A stretch of 63,653 bases of DNA, counting the filler, from Reclinomonas americana ATCC 50394 (Eukaryota), in the NCBI GenBank assembly GCA_048213135.1. It is 15 parts of 15 records of this genome, joined end to end, with 100 filler letters (N's around TTAATTAATTAA, not from the genome) between each part and the next. Parts side by side here need not be neighbours in the genome. Positions count along the whole stretch, not along the records: positions 62,328 to 63,653 come from AFZH01020024.1; 14 more parts are not named here. One strand, given 5' to 3'. Positions 62,433 to 63,653 of the stretch are shown in pieces (position 1 is the stretch's first letter; each line of letters starts with the position of its first letter). Both the position numbers and the translations under genes were made by a program. Under the pieces are notes generated by a model. That model made no database searches. It saw only the letters and a list, made by a program, of their open reading frames with translations, and was not told where the DNA came from.

Positions 62433-63653
62433 AGCTCTGGCTGACCTCTTCCGAAATCGCTGATCTCGCCCTGCCGGGCCTGCCGACCTCGCGCAAGAAC
62501 GTCCTCGCTCTCGCCGAGCGCGAGGATTGGGGCGCGGTTCGCCAGCCTCTGCCGGCAACGTGACGGCCGGGGCGGTGGTCTGGAGTACCACGTCTCCCTG
62601 CTGCCAGCGACGGCGCGTGCGGAGTACTTTGGACGGGCTAGTGGCGTACGGCCGGAAGAGGCGGCGTCTCTGGCCCTGCAGGCCGCACCGGACCTGGATA
62701 TCGCCGGTCCGGCGGCCGGCGAGCAGCTCGACGCGCGCATCGCCGTCCTCGGGGCGCTGCGCGCCTTCCAGCGCACTGCCGAGTTGCAGCAAACCGTCGC
62801 GATCGCCCTCTTCGTTGATCTCTATAACCTCGGCAGGGCCGACGTGCCCGGCTGGGTGCGCGAACGGGTCCGGCGCCTGTCGACCCGCACGCTGCTGCGT
62901 TGGATCACGGCCACGCGCGAGGGCGAAACCCAGCGTCTGGCGGTCGACCGTGGCGCCTCCCGCCGCGGCAAAGGCGTGCTGGAGGCCGGCGCCGATGGCC
63001 AGCTCAAGGCCTTCATGCTCGCGCTCGTCGCGCAGAACCCGCTCTACACCGCCCGGCAGATCTACGAGGCCTGCCTCGGCCGCTATCCGCAGGGCGTTGC
63101 GCTAGAAGGCGAGATGCGGTCGCTTCCCGGCCAGCGCGCCTTTGAAATCGCGTTGAAGCGCTGGAAATCCGAGCTTCAGACCGAGCTCCTGGCGCTGACG
63201 AACCCCGACGCCTTCGTCTCGAAGACCCGCATTGCCGGCTCCTACACGCATCTGACCACGGCGCTGAACGAGCTCTGGCAGATCGACGCCTCGCCGGTCG
63301 ATGCGCTTTGCCTCGACGGCCGTCATTCCGTCTATGCCTGCATCGATATCTTCTCGCGTCGGCTGATCCTGCACGTCTCGAAGACGCCGCGGTCTGAGGC
63401 GGTGCAACTGCTGATGCGCAAGGCCTTGGTCGCCTGGGGCGTGCCGGACAAGGTCAAGACGGACAACGGTTCGGACTTCGTCGCGAAGGCGACCCGCCGC
63501 CTGTTCGCCGCCCTGCAGATCGAGCACATCACCTCCGCGGCGTTCTCGCCCTGGCAGAAGGGGCCGGTCGAACGTGTGATCCGCACCTTCCAGACCGATC
63601 TCGGCCGCACGCTGCCGGGCTTCATCGGCCACAGCGTCAGCGATCGCAAGGTG
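62429..63653 (+). mobile_element. Mu-like phage transposase A (Mu-type DNA-binding domain + DDE integrase core), 3'-partial, with a one-base frameshift near 62530
   Basis: The N-terminus VKLWLTSSEIADLALPGLPTSRKNV..RDGRGGGLEYHVSLLP is Mu repressor/transposase-like. The catalytic core reads NELWQIDASP..IDIFSRR..WGVPDKVKTDNGSDF..SPWQKGPVERVIRT..LPGFIGHSV. The contig has no introns or microsatellites and shows bacterial high-GC codon usage. Confidence 0.9.

Noticed and set aside
62520..62565. Programmed frameshift in the Mu transposase
   Set aside because: There is no slippery heptamer, and a single extra G in a homopolymer explains it in an assembly that shows pyrosequencing-type noise.

Overview
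Draft eukaryotic (protist-like) genomic sequence with GC-rich exons and very dense introns. It is split into 15 contigs by 14 artificial 100-nt spacers (N44-TTAATTAATTAA-N44), and several genes splice cleanly across the spacers. Gene models were spliced by hand, without transcript data. They are: a partial SRPBCC protein, an FCP1/CTDP1 CTD phosphatase with an apparent N-terminal LRR extension, a partial GH20 beta-hexosaminidase, SCAPER, an atypical Rab GTPase-ankyrin fusion, an intron-rich CACTA/Plavaka-like transposase, a partial coiled-coil gene, a Ubl-HEPN-NACHT-pentapeptide-WD40 NLR-like gene, a PhyH-type dioxygenase, MLH1 and a TCERG1/PRP40C-like WW/FF protein. The last contig (62328 to the end) looks bacterial and encodes a Mu-like phage transposase. 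Three signals stand out. (1) About one intron in five uses a 5' splice site shifted by one nucleotide, GT-TGCG or GT-TGAG, never preceded by an exonic G. (2) The NLR-like receptor has a HEPN RNase motif and an intronless body. (3) Long introns have purine-rich 5' ends and pyrimidine-rich 3' ends, and this skew extends into exon codon choice. The organism cannot be identified from the sequence alone.
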